From: Chloroflexota bacterium
GTDB lineage: Bacteria > Chloroflexota > Limnocylindria > Limnocylindrales > CSP1-4
Assembly: GCA_031361415.1 (NCBI GenBank)
Contig: JANMCU010000038.1
Coordinates: 1-42,222 of the forward strand
DNA: 42,222 bases
Direction of reading: 5' to 3'
The notes under the pieces are model-generated. The model saw nothing but the letters and a program-made list of their open reading frames with translations. It did not search any database and had not been told where the DNA came from. Positions within the stretch are counted from its first letter, which is position 1. Every line of letters begins with the position of its first letter. The position numbers and the translations under genes are program-made. Of the stretch, positions 34,312-42,222 are shown in pieces.

Positions 34312-34623
34312 CTACATTCCCTTGCCGCGGCGGTCGATCGACCGGAGCGAGTCGTTCATTCGGAAGAGGACCACGACGAACTCGAGGATCACTCGCCAGT
34401 AGAGGTTGCCGAAGAACAGGAGCAACAGCCCGTAGATGGCCGCCCCACCTCCGCCCGCCGCCATGGCGCCGAGCGCGGCGATGGTGATCAACACCGCGCC
34501 GATGACATACACGATGGTGATGATCGTCGGAGTGATCAGGTAGCGGAACGAGATGAATTCCCCGAAGTTGAAGCCTTCGGCAGGAGCGGGGCTGTGTGGC
34601 GGGATCGGGACCTGGGAATCCAT
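34312..34623 (-). CDS. DUF4282-like small membrane protein
   Basis: 103 aa: FNFGEFISFRYLITPTIITIVYVIGAVLITIAAL... followed by a second TM and RVILEFVVVLFRM. The family assignment is from memory. Confidence 0.6.
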   Translation of the reverse strand: MDSQVPIPPHSPAPAEGFNFGEFISFRYLITPTIITIVYVIGAVLITIAALGAMAAGGGGAAIYGLLLLFFGNLYWRVILEFVVVLFRMNDSLRSIDRRGKGM

Positions 34624-34738
34624 GTCGATCACCTCGTGGCCAGCGGGCCATCGATCATCGACAGCAACCGTGCATCGATCATGACGACGCGCGCGTTCGA
34701 TTCCGTCAGACCGAGACCCATCCGTTCGTCGTTCTGCG

Positions 34739-35821
34739 TCAGCCGCCCATCGCGAACATCTCGAGCCGCGGCAGGCTCGACGACGTGGCCTCGGTCCGCT
34801 CCTCGGAATAGCGGTCATCGCGAACCCGCCAGACAGCGGCCACGGCGTCGCGCAGTGCGGCTTCGCCTGCGACGACCGCGACAAGCTCCGGATCCCGGAG
34901 GATCGCCCGGAGGTCGTGGCCCTCGCCGGTGAACAGACACGTGTAGAAGCGTCCCTCGGCGGACAGCCGGGCACGGGTGCAGTCGCCGCAGAACGGCTTC
35001 GTCACCGACGCGATCACGCCCACCTCGCCGACGCCGTCGCGATAGCGCCAGCGGGTCGCGACCTCGCCCCGGTAGCGCGGCGGCTCGGCGACCAGCGGCA
35101 TCTCGGCGTCGACCAGCCCGACCAGCTCGTCCGCTCCGACGACCTCGTCCATCCGCCAGCCGTTCGTGTGCCCGACATCCATGAACTCGATGAACCGAAG
35201 GGTCACACCGGCGTCACGCGCCCAGCGGGCCATCGGCAGGACGCTCGCCTCGTTGATCCCACGCCGGACGACCATGTTGACCTTGATCGGCCCGAGGCCC
35301 GCCTCCTGGGCCGCGCTGATCCCGTCGAGGACCTTGGCGACCGGGAAGTCGACCCCGTTCATGGCGCTGAACACCGCGTCGTCGAGCGAGTCGAGGCTGA
35401 TCGTGACCCGGCCGAGGCCGGCGTCGGCGAGCGGACCGGCAAGCTTGCGCAGGGCCGAGCCGTTCGTCGTCAGGGTGAGGTCGAGCGGGCTTCCATCGGT
35501 CCGTCGGAGGGCCGCCAGCATCGCGACCAGGACCGGCAGGTCGCGCCGGACGAGCGGCTCGCCGCCGGTCAGCCGGAGCTTCTCGACCCCGAGGGAGACG
35601 AACACGCGGGCAACCCGCTCGATCTCCTCGAATGTCAGGACCTCGGAGCGCGGCAGGAACGCGTAGTCGGCTCCGAAGATCTCCTTCGGCATGCAATACG
35701 TGCACCGGAAGTTGCAGCGATCGGTGACCGAGATCCGCAGGTCGTGGAGCGGCCGGCCGAGGAGATCGGCCAGCGCGCTGCCCAACGGAGCCGCAAGGTC
35801 GGAGGCCGGGATCGTGTCCAT
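34739..35821 (-). CDS. moaA: GTP 3',8-cyclase MoaA (radical SAM, molybdenum cofactor biosynthesis)
   Basis: LRISVTDRCNFRCTYCMP (CxxxCxxC cluster), LRLTGGEPLVR, TNG, and C-terminal FCGDCTRARLSAEGRFYTCLF (second cluster). The start is at MDTIPASD (M47 of the 406-aa ORF). Confidence 0.9.
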   Translation of the reverse strand: MDTIPASDLAAPLGSALADLLGRPLHDLRISVTDRCNFRCTYCMPKEIFGADYAFLPRSEVLTFEEIERVARVFVSLGVEKLRLTGGEPLVRRDLPVLVAMLAALRRTDGSPLDLTLTTNGSALRKLAGPLADAGLGRVTISLDSLDDAVFSAMNGVDFPVAKVLDGISAAQEAGLGPIKVNMVVRRGINEASVLPMARWARDAGVTLRFIEFMDVGHTNGWRMDEVVGADELVGLVDAEMPLVAEPPRYRGEVATRWRYRDGVGEVGVIASVTKPFCGDCTRARLSAEGRFYTCLFTGEGHDLRAILRDPELVAVVAGEAALRDAVAAVWRVRDDRYSEERTEATSSSLPRLEMFAMGG

Positions 35822-36071
35822 CGGCGTGATCCTACCGCGGCCCGCCCGAACGCCCGCGCGAGGAATCCTGAGCCGGTGCGCGGCTGTCGCCAAAAACCGG
35901 TTGCCGCCGGTCAACGGTCGAGCCGCGGCGACCATGGTCCGCTCCCCCGCCGGTACCACCGGCTTGCCCCTCTGGTACCTCTAGCGGACTCCATCACACC
36001 CATCCCCGTCGACCACACTGCGGACACGCCCTGGATCCCCTGACAGCGCGCACCTGGAGAGGCAACGACGC

Positions 36072-37652
36072 ATGGCCCAGACCGACGCCAAAGCCGGTTT
36101 CCGGCTCCCCTGGAGCTCCGACCGCCAGTCGAGCGAGACGCTCGAGGGTGATTCGGCGACCGACTCGCAGGCTGCCGCCACTGGCGGCTGGCCGAGCGAG
36201 GACAGCGCGCAGTTCAACGGAACCGCCGCGGTTGCCCCCGACGCAGCCACCACCGTTGATCCGTTGACGAGCCCGATGGTCGACCCGGAGCCGGCCCCCG
36301 CGCCGAGCGCTCCGACCCCCCCGCCGGCCGGTCGCAAGCCGACCAGGTTCATGGCCGACCTCACCAAGGCGATGCAGGCCGCGGCCGAGGACGCCCGATC
36401 GCGGGCGATCGGCCAGCTCCAGGCCGACGCGAAGACCCACGTCGAAACGATCCACGGTCGTTCGTCAACCGAGGCAGCCGGCCTGCGCCGAGCCGCCGAC
36501 GACGATGTCGCCGCCGTCCGCGAGTGGTCGAAGGCCGAGATCGCCCGGATCCGCGAAGAGACCGAGTCGAGGATCACCGACCGCAAGGCCCGCCTCGAGA
36601 GCGAGATCGACGAGCACGCCGCCCTGATCGAGCGCGAGATCGACGCCGTCCAGAAGACGGTCGCCGCGTTCGAGGATGAGATGGCCGCGTTCTTCGAGCG
36701 CCTGCTCGGCGAAGAGGACCCGAGCCGCTTCGCCACCATGGCCGAGAACCTGCCCGAGGCTCCCGCGTTCGAGGGCATCCTGGCCAGCCCGGCTGTCGAC
36801 CCGACGAACGACGAGGCCGACGCGGAGACCAGCACCGCCGCTGCCGCGGACGCGGTTCTCGAGACCGTCGCCGACGACGCGACCGACGACACGACCGAGA
36901 CCGAGACCGAAGCCGAAGCCGCGGCCGAGACCGGCGAGACCACCGAGACCACCGACCCCGAGTCGCCGACCGGCGAGCTCGAGGCCATGACCGGCAGCGC
37001 AAGCGACGCGCACAGCGCGTCGTCCGTCGGATCGACCGACGGTAGCGAGGGTGGCGACGGCGAGCTCGACCGCGAGGCCGCATTCGCCGCGATCCAGGCC
37101 GCCGCCGAGGCCGCCGCGAGCGCCGAGGTCGCGGCCGACGCCGCCGCCCGCGCCGAGGCCGTCGCCGACGTCGCGATCGAGATCATGGGTAACCACGAGG
37201 ACGAGGGCGAGGCTGATCCGCGCTTCGCGGCCCTCGGCCTGTCGCCCGATTACGACGCCGCAGAGGCCGAGGCGCTGGCCGCGGCCGACTCGTCGGACGA
37301 TGAGATCCCCGAGATCGGCGACGACGCGCTCGCCGCCCGCCTGGCGGGTCTCGTCCCCGGCAAGAACAAGGGCAACCCGGCCGACACGACCACGACCCAG
37401 GTGGTCGTGGTGGGGCTCGTGAGCGTCGCCAGCATCGCAAGCTTCAAGCGCCATCTTGGCCGCGTGACCGGCGTTCAGTCGGTCGGCGTCTCGTCCGGTC
37501 CTGACGGTGAGTTCATCTTCGCGGTCAACCACGGCGGGGATGTCGTTCTGCGCGACGCGATCCCGTCCCTGCCGAGCTTCCAGGCCCGCGTCACCGGCTC
37601 GTCCGACGGCGTGGTCCATGTGACCGCGCACGATCCAGAGGCGGACGCGTAA
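36072..37652 (+). CDS. Hyper-acidic protein: N-terminal GFRLPW peptide, coiled-coil segment, long D/E/A/T-rich disordered region, small C-terminal alpha/beta domain; function unknown
   Basis: 526 aa. MAQTDAKAGFRLPWSSDR at the N-terminus. Heptad-like AEDARSRAIGQLQADAKTHVE...EIARIREETESRITDRKARLESEIDEHAALIEREIDAVQKTVAAFEDEMAAFFERLL. The acidic tract TETETEAEAAAETGETTETTD is encoded by imperfect GAGACC/GAAGCC hexamer repeats (about 36881-36957). C-terminal QVVVVGLVSVASIASFKRHLGRVTGVQSVGVSSGPDGEFIFAVNH...VVHVTAHD. Confidence 0.7.
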   Translation: MAQTDAKAGFRLPWSSDRQSSETLEGDSATDSQAAATGGWPSEDSAQFNGTAAVAPDAATTVDPLTSPMVDPEPAPAPSAPTPPPAGRKPTRFMADLTKAMQAAAEDARSRAIGQLQADAKTHVETIHGRSSTEAAGLRRAADDDVAAVREWSKAEIARIREETESRITDRKARLESEIDEHAALIEREIDAVQKTVAAFEDEMAAFFERLLGEEDPSRFATMAENLPEAPAFEGILASPAVDPTNDEADAETSTAAAADAVLETVADDATDDTTETETEAEAAAETGETTETTDPESPTGELEAMTGSASDAHSASSVGSTDGSEGGDGELDREAAFAAIQAAAEAAASAEVAADAAARAEAVADVAIEIMGNHEDEGEADPRFAALGLSPDYDAAEAEALAAADSSDDEIPEIGDDALAARLAGLVPGKNKGNPADTTTTQVVVVGLVSVASIASFKRHLGRVTGVQSVGVSSGPDGEFIFAVNHGGDVVLRDAIPSLPSFQARVTGSSDGVVHVTAHDPEADA

Positions 37653-37713
37653 CCGGCCGGCCTGGCCCACACGCGTCCACCTCACCAACGCCGAGACCCG
37701 GGGAACCAAGATC

Positions 37714-38958
37714 GTGGCCCGACCAGCGATCGTCATCGCGCTTCCGCCGGCCGAACGCGGGCTTGTCATCGACGAGCTCCGGGGAGCCGGCTTCGAGGCG
37801 ATTGCCATCGGGACGCCCGATGAGCTCGACGCCCTCCTGACCTCGCGCCACGACATCGCGATCGCGATCCTCGACGGCGAGACCGACTTCGACACGTCGC
37901 TCGAGTATTACGGGCTGCTCCACGAAGGCGGCCGGACCATCCCCGCCTTGATGGTCATGTCGCCGCAGGCGATCGACAAGATGTTCAACCCGTCGTCGGC
38001 TGACGAGTTCTTCAGCCGGCCGTATACCGCCGACTCGATCCGCTGGCGGGTCGAGGCGATGTGCATCCGCTCGGTCACGGTCGACGACGGCTCCGGGCCG
38101 ATCATCCAGGGCGGCTCGATGGAGATGGGCGACTGGTCGCGTCGGGCGACCGTGATCGCGATCTTCAACCCGAAGGGCGGCGTCGGAAAGACGACGATCG
38201 CGACCAACCTCGCCTCTGCCTTCCAGCTTCACCAGGGCCAGAAGGTGCTCCTGATCGACGCCGACACGGTCACCGGCCACGTCACGACATCGCTCGGGCT
38301 CGAGCAGGTCCGGACCGTCGCCGACAGCTGGCGCGAGCAGATGGACGACGGGATCACCGAGTCGCTGACTGCGCTCGCCGCGCCCCATCCGTCGGGGTTG
38401 TCGGTCGTGTCGCTCACGTCAACGCCGCTGAACACCGAGATCCTCGATCCGGTCCGGATCGCCGACGCGATCACCAGCTCGCGCCCGACCTATGACTTCA
38501 TCGTCGTCGACCTCCATCCGTCGTACAGCGCCCTCAACCGGGCCATCTTCCAGAAGGCCGACAAGATCCTTGTCCCGGTCACGCCCGACGTCCCCGCCCT
38601 GCGCGCCGCGGTCCAGCTTCGCGAGGTCGCGATCGAGCTCAACGTCCAGGATCGGCTGGCCCTGGTCGTCAACCGGGCGAACAGCGGTGTCTCGGTCGCG
38701 GACATGGAGAAGACGGTCGGGATGCCGGCCCTCGCCTTGATCCGGTCCGGCGGCCTGCTCTTCGTCCGGGCCGCGAACGAGGGCCGGACCGTTATCGAGA
38801 TGTATCCGAACGAACGGATCACCGAGGACTTCGATGCCCTCGCCGAACGGCTCGTCCGGACGTTCCAGACAGTGGTCAAGCCGGCACCGGTCGCCCCGCC
38901 GAAGACGGGCGGTTTCCGCCTTCCGTTCGGTCGCTCGAAGGAACCCGCCCGGGCCTGA
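37714..38958 (+). CDS. Pseudo-receiver domain fused to a ParA/MinD-type P-loop ATPase (TadZ/CpaE-like architecture)
   Basis: The N-terminal REC-like fold lacks the acidic pocket (AIVIALPP in place of the DD pair). Deviant Walker A FNPKGGVGKTTIATNLA, Walker A' LLIDADTVTG and Walker B FIVVDLHP. The C-terminal tail is PPKTGGFRLPFGRSKEP. No other tad/cpa pilus genes are in the window. Confidence 0.8.
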   Translation: MARPAIVIALPPAERGLVIDELRGAGFEAIAIGTPDELDALLTSRHDIAIAILDGETDFDTSLEYYGLLHEGGRTIPALMVMSPQAIDKMFNPSSADEFFSRPYTADSIRWRVEAMCIRSVTVDDGSGPIIQGGSMEMGDWSRRATVIAIFNPKGGVGKTTIATNLASAFQLHQGQKVLLIDADTVTGHVTTSLGLEQVRTVADSWREQMDDGITESLTALAAPHPSGLSVVSLTSTPLNTEILDPVRIADAITSSRPTYDFIVVDLHPSYSALNRAIFQKADKILVPVTPDVPALRAAVQLREVAIELNVQDRLALVVNRANSGVSVADMEKTVGMPALALIRSGGLLFVRAANEGRTVIEMYPNERITEDFDALAERLVRTFQTVVKPAPVAPPKTGGFRLPFGRSKEPARA

Positions 38959-39183
38959 CGCGCCGGCGCGGCTCGCCGCGCGCCCCGTCGACCAACTTGA
39001 TTCCCACGGGCCAGGTGTCAGTCCCTCCCGGCCACCGGAAATGACGAGCGCGTCGAACCGTGCCATCGCCTCGCGGTCAGGGGGAACCAACGCTCGGGCG
39101 GCATGTCGTCCAACGCCGAAGCTGTCGAGCTCGACCCGCTCGGCCGGCAGGTCCAGGAGGTGGCTCGAGCTCCTCCTCCGGGG

Positions 39184-39423
39184 TTGAGTCGCCACGCGAC
39201 TCAAGTTGGCCGGCAGTGAGCGCGGTGTCGCCGGAATTGCGACCGACCGCCTCGTGCTGTTGGCGATTGGGAGTCGCCTGACGACTCGCGGCCGGGCTTC
39301 CACCCCTATGTCCTGGCCCGGTGCGCATGTCGCCGGCGTGCCGACCGGTCGTTCGAGTCGTGTCGTGACTCACCATCGGGATCCATCGATCCTCGTGATC
39401 TGACTCAGCTCACCCGGCGAGTC
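39184..39423. repeat. Three related GAGTCG...CGACTC hairpins spaced ~84 bp, plus further GANTC palindromes, in a 504-bp convergent intergenic region
   Basis: TTGAGTCGC-cac-GCGACTCAA (39184-39204), GAGTCG-cctga-CGACTC (39271-39287), GAGTC-gtgtcgt-GACTC (39355-39371), CTGACTCAG (39400-39408) and GAGTC (39419-39423). The flanks of units 1 and 2 also resemble each other (GTGTCGCCGGAATTGCGACCGACCG vs ATGTCGCCGGCGTGCCGACCGGTCG). Confidence 0.55.
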
Positions 39424-39462
39424 CGGGCCAACTTCGTGAGCCGAGCTTGCCCGGCATGTCGG

Positions 39463-40113
39463 CTATGACCTGTCTTGCCACGTAATTCCGCCCAGCGGTG
39501 CCCCGGGCAGCTTCTGCGCCTTGAGCCCGGTCCGCTTGTCGACCTGCTCGACACCCCGCAGGTAGAAGCGGTTCACGAGGACCGTGTCGACGTCGGGATC
39601 GCCCACCCGCACCTCGCCGAACGTTGCCACCGCCTCGACGACCGGGACGAACATCTCGGTCGACCGATCGAGCAGGCGATCCGGCTCCGATCCCGGATGG
39701 AGGTAGACCGTACCGACGATCCGGAACGGCGGAGCCTCGAGGGCAACGTCGTAGGCGACCTTGTGGACGCGATGGGCGGCTCGTTCGGTGTCGGTCAGCT
39801 CCGGCAGCGAGCCCTCGCCCGCGAGGACCAGGATCAGGTCGTATGGATCGACGCTCTTGAGCCCGGGTGCGTCGACGAGCGGAGCAGAACCGTCGATCGG
39901 GGCCCATTGGACGTCGTGGATCGCGACTGACTCGCGCTTGTTCAATGCGTCCGACAGGCGGCCGATGACATCCATCCGGCCGACGAGTCGCCACTCCTCG
40001 GTCACCCCGTCGAATGCGACGCCGGTCCGGACGGCACGGAGCCCGCTGCTCGGCGCCTCGACCGGCGCGGTGCCGGCCGCGGCCTTCTTTCGACGGAGGA
40101 AGTTCAGGGGCAC
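39463..40113 (-). CDS. Hypothetical protein built from two tandem copies of a ~75-aa module
   Basis: 216 aa. WRLVGRMDVIGRLSDALNKRESVAIHDVQWAPIDG... aligns by eye with FRIVGTVYLHPGSEPDRLLDRSTEMFVPVVEAVATFG.... It starts 6 nt downstream of the acs stop on the same strand, with coding-like third-position bias. Confidence 0.6.
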   Translation of the reverse strand: MPLNFLRRKKAAAGTAPVEAPSSGLRAVRTGVAFDGVTEEWRLVGRMDVIGRLSDALNKRESVAIHDVQWAPIDGSAPLVDAPGLKSVDPYDLILVLAGEGSLPELTDTERAAHRVHKVAYDVALEAPPFRIVGTVYLHPGSEPDRLLDRSTEMFVPVVEAVATFGEVRVGDPDVDTVLVNRFYLRGVEQVDKRTGLKAQKLPGAPLGGITWQDRS

Positions 40114-40119
40114 GTCCGG

Positions 40120-42084
40120 TCAGTCCTCGGACTTGAAGCTGTTCTCGCGAATGGTCTCGACGACCGCCGCGTCGGCCAGGGTCGTGGTGTCGCCGAGCGA
40201 CCGGCCCTGGGCAATGTCGCGGAGGAGGCGGCGCATGATCTTGCCGCTCCGCGTCTTCGGCAGGTCCGGGGTGAACATCAGGGCCTTCGGCTTGGCGATC
40301 GGGCTGATCTTGGTCGCGACATGGCGGCGCAGCTCGTCACCGAGCTCCGGGGTCGGCTCGAACCCCAGCCGGAGGATGACGAAGGCGTTGATCGCCTCGC
40401 CGGTCACCGGATCGGGGCCGCCCACGACGGCGGCCTCGGCCACCGCCGGATGCGACACGAGCGCGCTCTCGATCTCGGTGGTCGACAGGCGGTGGCCCGA
40501 CACGTTCATCACGTCGTCGACCCGGCCGAGCAGCCAGTAGTAGCCGTCGTCGTCGCGCTTCGCTCCGTCGCCGGCGAAGTACATGCCCGGGAACCGGCTC
40601 CAGTACGTCTGCCGGTAGCGCTCGGGGTCGCCGTAGATCCCGCGCAGCATCGCCGGCCACGGGCGCTTCAGGACGAGATAGCCGCCGCCTCCGTTCGGGA
40701 CCGATTTCCCGTCGCCGTCGACGATGTCGGCCTCGATCCCCGGAAAAGGGAACGTGGCGCTGCCAGGCTTGGTGGTCGTCACCCCGGGCAGCGGCGTGAT
40801 CAGGATCTGGCCGGTCTCCGTCTGCCACCACGTGTCGACGACCGGCGTCGTGCCGCCACCGATGTGCTCGCGGTACCAGAGCCAGGCTTCGGGGTTGATC
40901 GGCTCGCCGACGGAGCCGAGGACGCGCAGCGACGACAGGTCGTGGCCGGCCGGATGCTGGGCGCCCTGCTTCATGAACGCCCGGATCGCGGTCGGGGCGC
41001 AGTACAGGATCGTGACCTTGTACTCCTCGATGATCGACCACCAGCGATCCCAGCCCGGCGTGTCGGGCGAACCCTCTTACAGGATCCCGGTCGTCGCGTT
41101 GGCGAGCGGCCCATAGACGATGTAGCTATGGCCGGTCACCCAGCCGATGTCCGCCGCGCACCAGTACACGTCGTCGGGCTTGATGTCGAAGATCTGCCTG
41201 TGGCTGTAGGACGTGCCGACGAGGTAGCCGGCCGTCGTGTGGGTGATCCCCTTCGGCTTGGCGGTGGAGCCCGAGGTGTAGAGCAGGTAGAGCATGTGCT
41301 CGCTGTCGAGCGGGACCGGCGGGCACTCCGCGTCCTGGCGCTCGACGATGTCGTGCCACCAGACGTCGCGGCCCTCGACCAACATCGTGTCGGGCGCGGC
41401 ATCGCCGAGGCGGCGAACGACCAGGACGTGCTCGACGGTGGGGCTCGACGCGACGGCCTCGTCGACCGCGGCCTTGAGCGGCATCGCCTTGCCGCGGCGA
41501 TAGCTGCCGTCGGCGGTGATGATGATCTTCGCCTCCGCGTCGTTGATCCGGCCCGACAGCGCCTCGGCCGAGAAGCCGGCGAAGACGACCGTATGCGGCG
41601 CACCGATCCGGGCGCAGGCGAGCATCGCGATCGGCAGCTCCGGGATCATCGGCATGTAGATCGCGACCCGGTCGCCCACCCCGACGCCGAGCTCGCGCAG
41701 GGCGTTGGCCGCCTTCGACACCTCGAGGAGCAGGTCGGCGTAGGTGATCGTGCGCGTCTCGCCGGGCTCGCCGATCCAGTGGTAGGCGACCTTGTTGCCG
41801 AGGCCGTTCGCGACGTGCCGGTCGACGCAGTTCTCGCTCATGTTCAGCTTGCCGCCGACGAACCACTTCGCGAACGGCAGGTCCCATTCGAGCGTCGTCG
41901 TGAACGGCTCGTTCCAGGTCACGGTTTCGCGGGCGATCTTCGCCCAGAATGCCTCCGGATCGTGGGCCGCTTCCTCGTACAGGGCGGCCTGAGCGTTGGC
42001 CTGGGCCGTAAAAGCCGGGTCAGGCGGGAACACCCGCTCCTCGAGCAGCAGGTTCTCGATCTCGGGACGCTGGTCGACGCTCAC
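40120..42084 (-). pseudogene. acs: Acetyl-CoA synthetase (AMP-forming) interrupted by a single in-frame TAA
   Basis: ORFs 41077..42084 (N-terminal 335 aa: [42 protein letters not shown]) and 40120..40974 (C-terminal part: [40 protein letters not shown]) are in the same frame. The only break is TAA at 41077-41079. Translation resumes immediately as [34 protein letters not shown]. Confidence 0.85.
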
Positions 42085-42222
42085 GGGCCGCTCCTGCCGA
42101 TGGTCGGGCGCGCACGAACGAATTGGGCTGAGCGGACATTCTACGCGGGCTGGCCGGGCGTGGCCGCCGGTCGTCCCCGGTCCGGCGGGCGGCGAGCGAG
42201 CAGCCCGTGCTCGTTGCGTCGC

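Noticed and set aside
35822-36071. Moco riboswitch expected upstream of moaA.
   Set aside because: I could not find the conserved CCGAGCC / GGAAAGG-type elements I remember from the motif on the moaA strand. Only the generic nested hairpin (reported separately) is visible.
1-42222. Search by eye for CRISPR repeats, IS elements or transposases, integrases, reverse transcriptases, rRNA and tRNA.
   Set aside because: There are no regularly spaced identical repeats with unique spacers. There are no DDE, serine or tyrosine recombinase or RT motifs in any supported ORF, and no rRNA- or tRNA-like conserved strings.

Overview
High-GC (~70% by eye) 42.2-kb window with the gene style of a monoderm Actinobacteria/Chloroflexi-type genome: GGAGG ribosome-binding sites, frequent GTG/TTG starts and many 1-4 nt stop/start overlaps. 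I support about 42 protein-coding loci. I found no rRNA, tRNA, CRISPR array, transposase or integrase. Left to right: a 29%-GC terminal stub abutting a 5'-truncated APH-type kinase gene, a frameshifted HTH/nuclease-like gene, GNAT, an ABC-2 exporter pair, RidA, a secreted transglycosylase, an alpha/beta hydrolase, SpoIID/LytB, Tag glycosylase, a small zinc-ribbon ORF and an aquaporin. Next is a ~9.3-kb minus-strand operon: MSOX-type oxidase, LD-carboxypeptidase, a family-5 peptide-binding protein with an unusual C-terminal membrane anchor, OppBCDF-like components and DinB. Then come vapBC with a 12-bp-periodic operator, PhzF-like, NUDIX, CocE/NonD hydrolase and an aminotransferase. The least explained block is 24.5-31.9 kb. 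It holds a DUF3307 membrane protein and a SatD-like regulator behind twin palindromes, and a flavoprotein gene overlapped by a stand-alone cNMP-binding-domain gene. It also holds a divergent second stand-alone cNMP-binding gene, a 913-aa class III cyclase-STAND NTPase-TPR protein with non-canonical base-specifying residues, and a small zinc-ribbon ORF. After thyX, punA, DUF4282 and moaA comes a second candidate system (36.1-39.5 kb). It is a hyper-acidic coiled-coil protein and a pseudo-receiver/ParA-MinD ATPase that share a GFRLP[WF] peptide, followed by a 500-bp non-coding tract with GANTC-containing hairpins repeated every ~84 bp. The window ends with acetyl-CoA synthetase interrupted by one in-frame TAA. 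All functional calls come from motif recognition by eye; no database search was run.
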